The notes under the pieces were generated by a model. The model saw only the letters and a list, made by a program, of their open reading frames with translations. It ran no database searches and was not told where the DNA came from. A DNA stretch of 24,830 nucleotides from a virus (taxonomy: Duplodnaviria > Caudoviricetes), in the IMG/VR virus record IMGVR_UViG_3300035135_001127, positions 1-24,830 of that record. The stretch is one strand, 5' to 3'. Within the stretch, counting starts at the first letter, position 1. Each line of letters opens with the position of its first letter. Below, in pieces: positions 24,241-24,830 of this stretch. The translations under genes and the position numbers were made by a program.

Positions 24241-24498
24241 TTAGAAACTGTAATCACGATTTTTGCGGACGTTAGCTCCAGGTTGTCTGGATGCTCTATC
24301 TAGAATTTCATTCCATCCGCTAGAGTTTGCTTCGCCCTTGAACTGCATGTCACCGACTTCACCAGGGCTTGCACACCCAGCGGACCAGTCTTTGTCCCAT
24401 TCAGGGTTGTCTTTTCTCCATTGAGAGTACTCAACCATTGTCATGGAGAGTTCTTTCTTTTCTTTAGTTTCTAAATTAATGACGGGGTATGTTGGCAT
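24241..24498 (-). CDS. Conserved small cyanophage hypothetical protein (start reassigned to ATG 24498, 85 aa)
   Basis: MPTYPVINLETKEKKELSMTMVEYSQWRKDNPEWDKDW...GWNEILDRASRQPGA. The longer track ORF overlaps thyX and starts at a non-ATG codon. Confidence 0.8.
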   Translation of the reverse strand: MPTYPVINLETKEKKELSMTMVEYSQWRKDNPEWDKDWSAGCASPGEVGDMQFKGEANSSGWNEILDRASRQPGANVRKNRDYSF

Positions 24499-24520
24499 AA
24501 TCAATAACAAGGGGTAAAAA

Positions 24521-24528
24521 TATTTATC
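24521..24528 (-). promoter_or_regulatory. Candidate late promoter (GATAAATA)
   Basis: NATAAATA match overlapping the thyX stop, 22 nt upstream of ATG 24498. Confidence 0.55.
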
Positions 24529-24830
24529 AGACCCACTCCATTGCTTCAGCAACAGCAGGAAACTGTTCTTTGAATACATCTTTAGCAGCAAGTGCAATGT
24601 CCATGTGCTCTTTCTGTGTACCGTTTGCAGACCTCAAATCAATATAATGAATCCATGACCTTACAGAACCTGTCATATAGATTCTTGTTGGTGTGCAGAG
24701 GGGAAGCACCATGCGAGCACATTCCTTTGCCACGCCACGTCCAAGCATCTGTTTATACAGAGCCATGGAAGAGTCAAACAATGTTTGCATCTGAAGTTCC
24801 AGGCTCTGAACATCGAATGGATCTAGATCA
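24527..24830 (-). CDS. thyX: Flavin-dependent thymidylate synthase, 5' part outside the window
   Basis: GVAKECARMVLP...TRIYMTGSVRSWIHYIDLR...TQKEH is the ThyX C-terminal region. The frame stays open upstream of 24790 to the window edge. Confidence 0.93.
   Translation of the reverse strand, partial: DLDPFDVQSLELQMQTLFDSSMALYKQMLGRGVAKECARMVLPLCTPTRIYMTGSVRSWIHYIDLRSANGTQKEHMDIALAAKDVFKEQFPAVAEAMEWV

Noticed and set aside
24232-24530. Pho box upstream of phoH
   Set aside because: No convincing tandem PhoB-type direct repeats with 11-nt period were seen; phoH is a core gene in these phages.
24499-24597. N-terminal extensions of the track ORFs 24241..24597 and 22553..22837
   Set aside because: The extensions overlap upstream genes and start at non-ATG codons; downstream ATGs at 24498 and 22810 fit better.

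Overview
The window is a gene-dense, AT-rich fragment of a T4-like cyanomyovirus (Kyanoviridae-type; a Synechococcus or Prochlorococcus host is inferred from cp12, a DUF1825-like gene, phoH and thyX). Reading the minus strand from right to left it carries thyX (partial), a small conserved ORF, phoH, an exonuclease, gp33, gp59, a small coiled-coil ORF, the DUF1825-like gene and gp32. A plus-strand block (gp4, gp2-like, gp48, gp53) follows. A long minus-strand tail/baseplate-hub region then holds gp54-like, gp26, a short gp51-like ORF missed by the ORF track, two paralogous tape-measure-like genes, a gp27-like hub gene, cp12, an N-terminal gp5 gene, a 1512-aa PA14-repeat protein, two spike-like genes, two 2OG-Fe(II) oxygenases and a partial sulfotransferase-like gene also missed by the track. 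The most notable signal is a T TTT TTC slippery heptamer at the end of gp26 whose -1 frame runs without a stop into the gp51-like ORF directly upstream of the tape-measure-like genes, the lambda gpG/gpGT arrangement. Other signals are an apparently split gp5 spike with an internally duplicated PA14 array, paired tape-measure paralogs of which one has two muralytic domains, and a hydroxylase/sulfotransferase cassette coupled to the spike genes. All family assignments come from motif recognition by eye; no database search was run.
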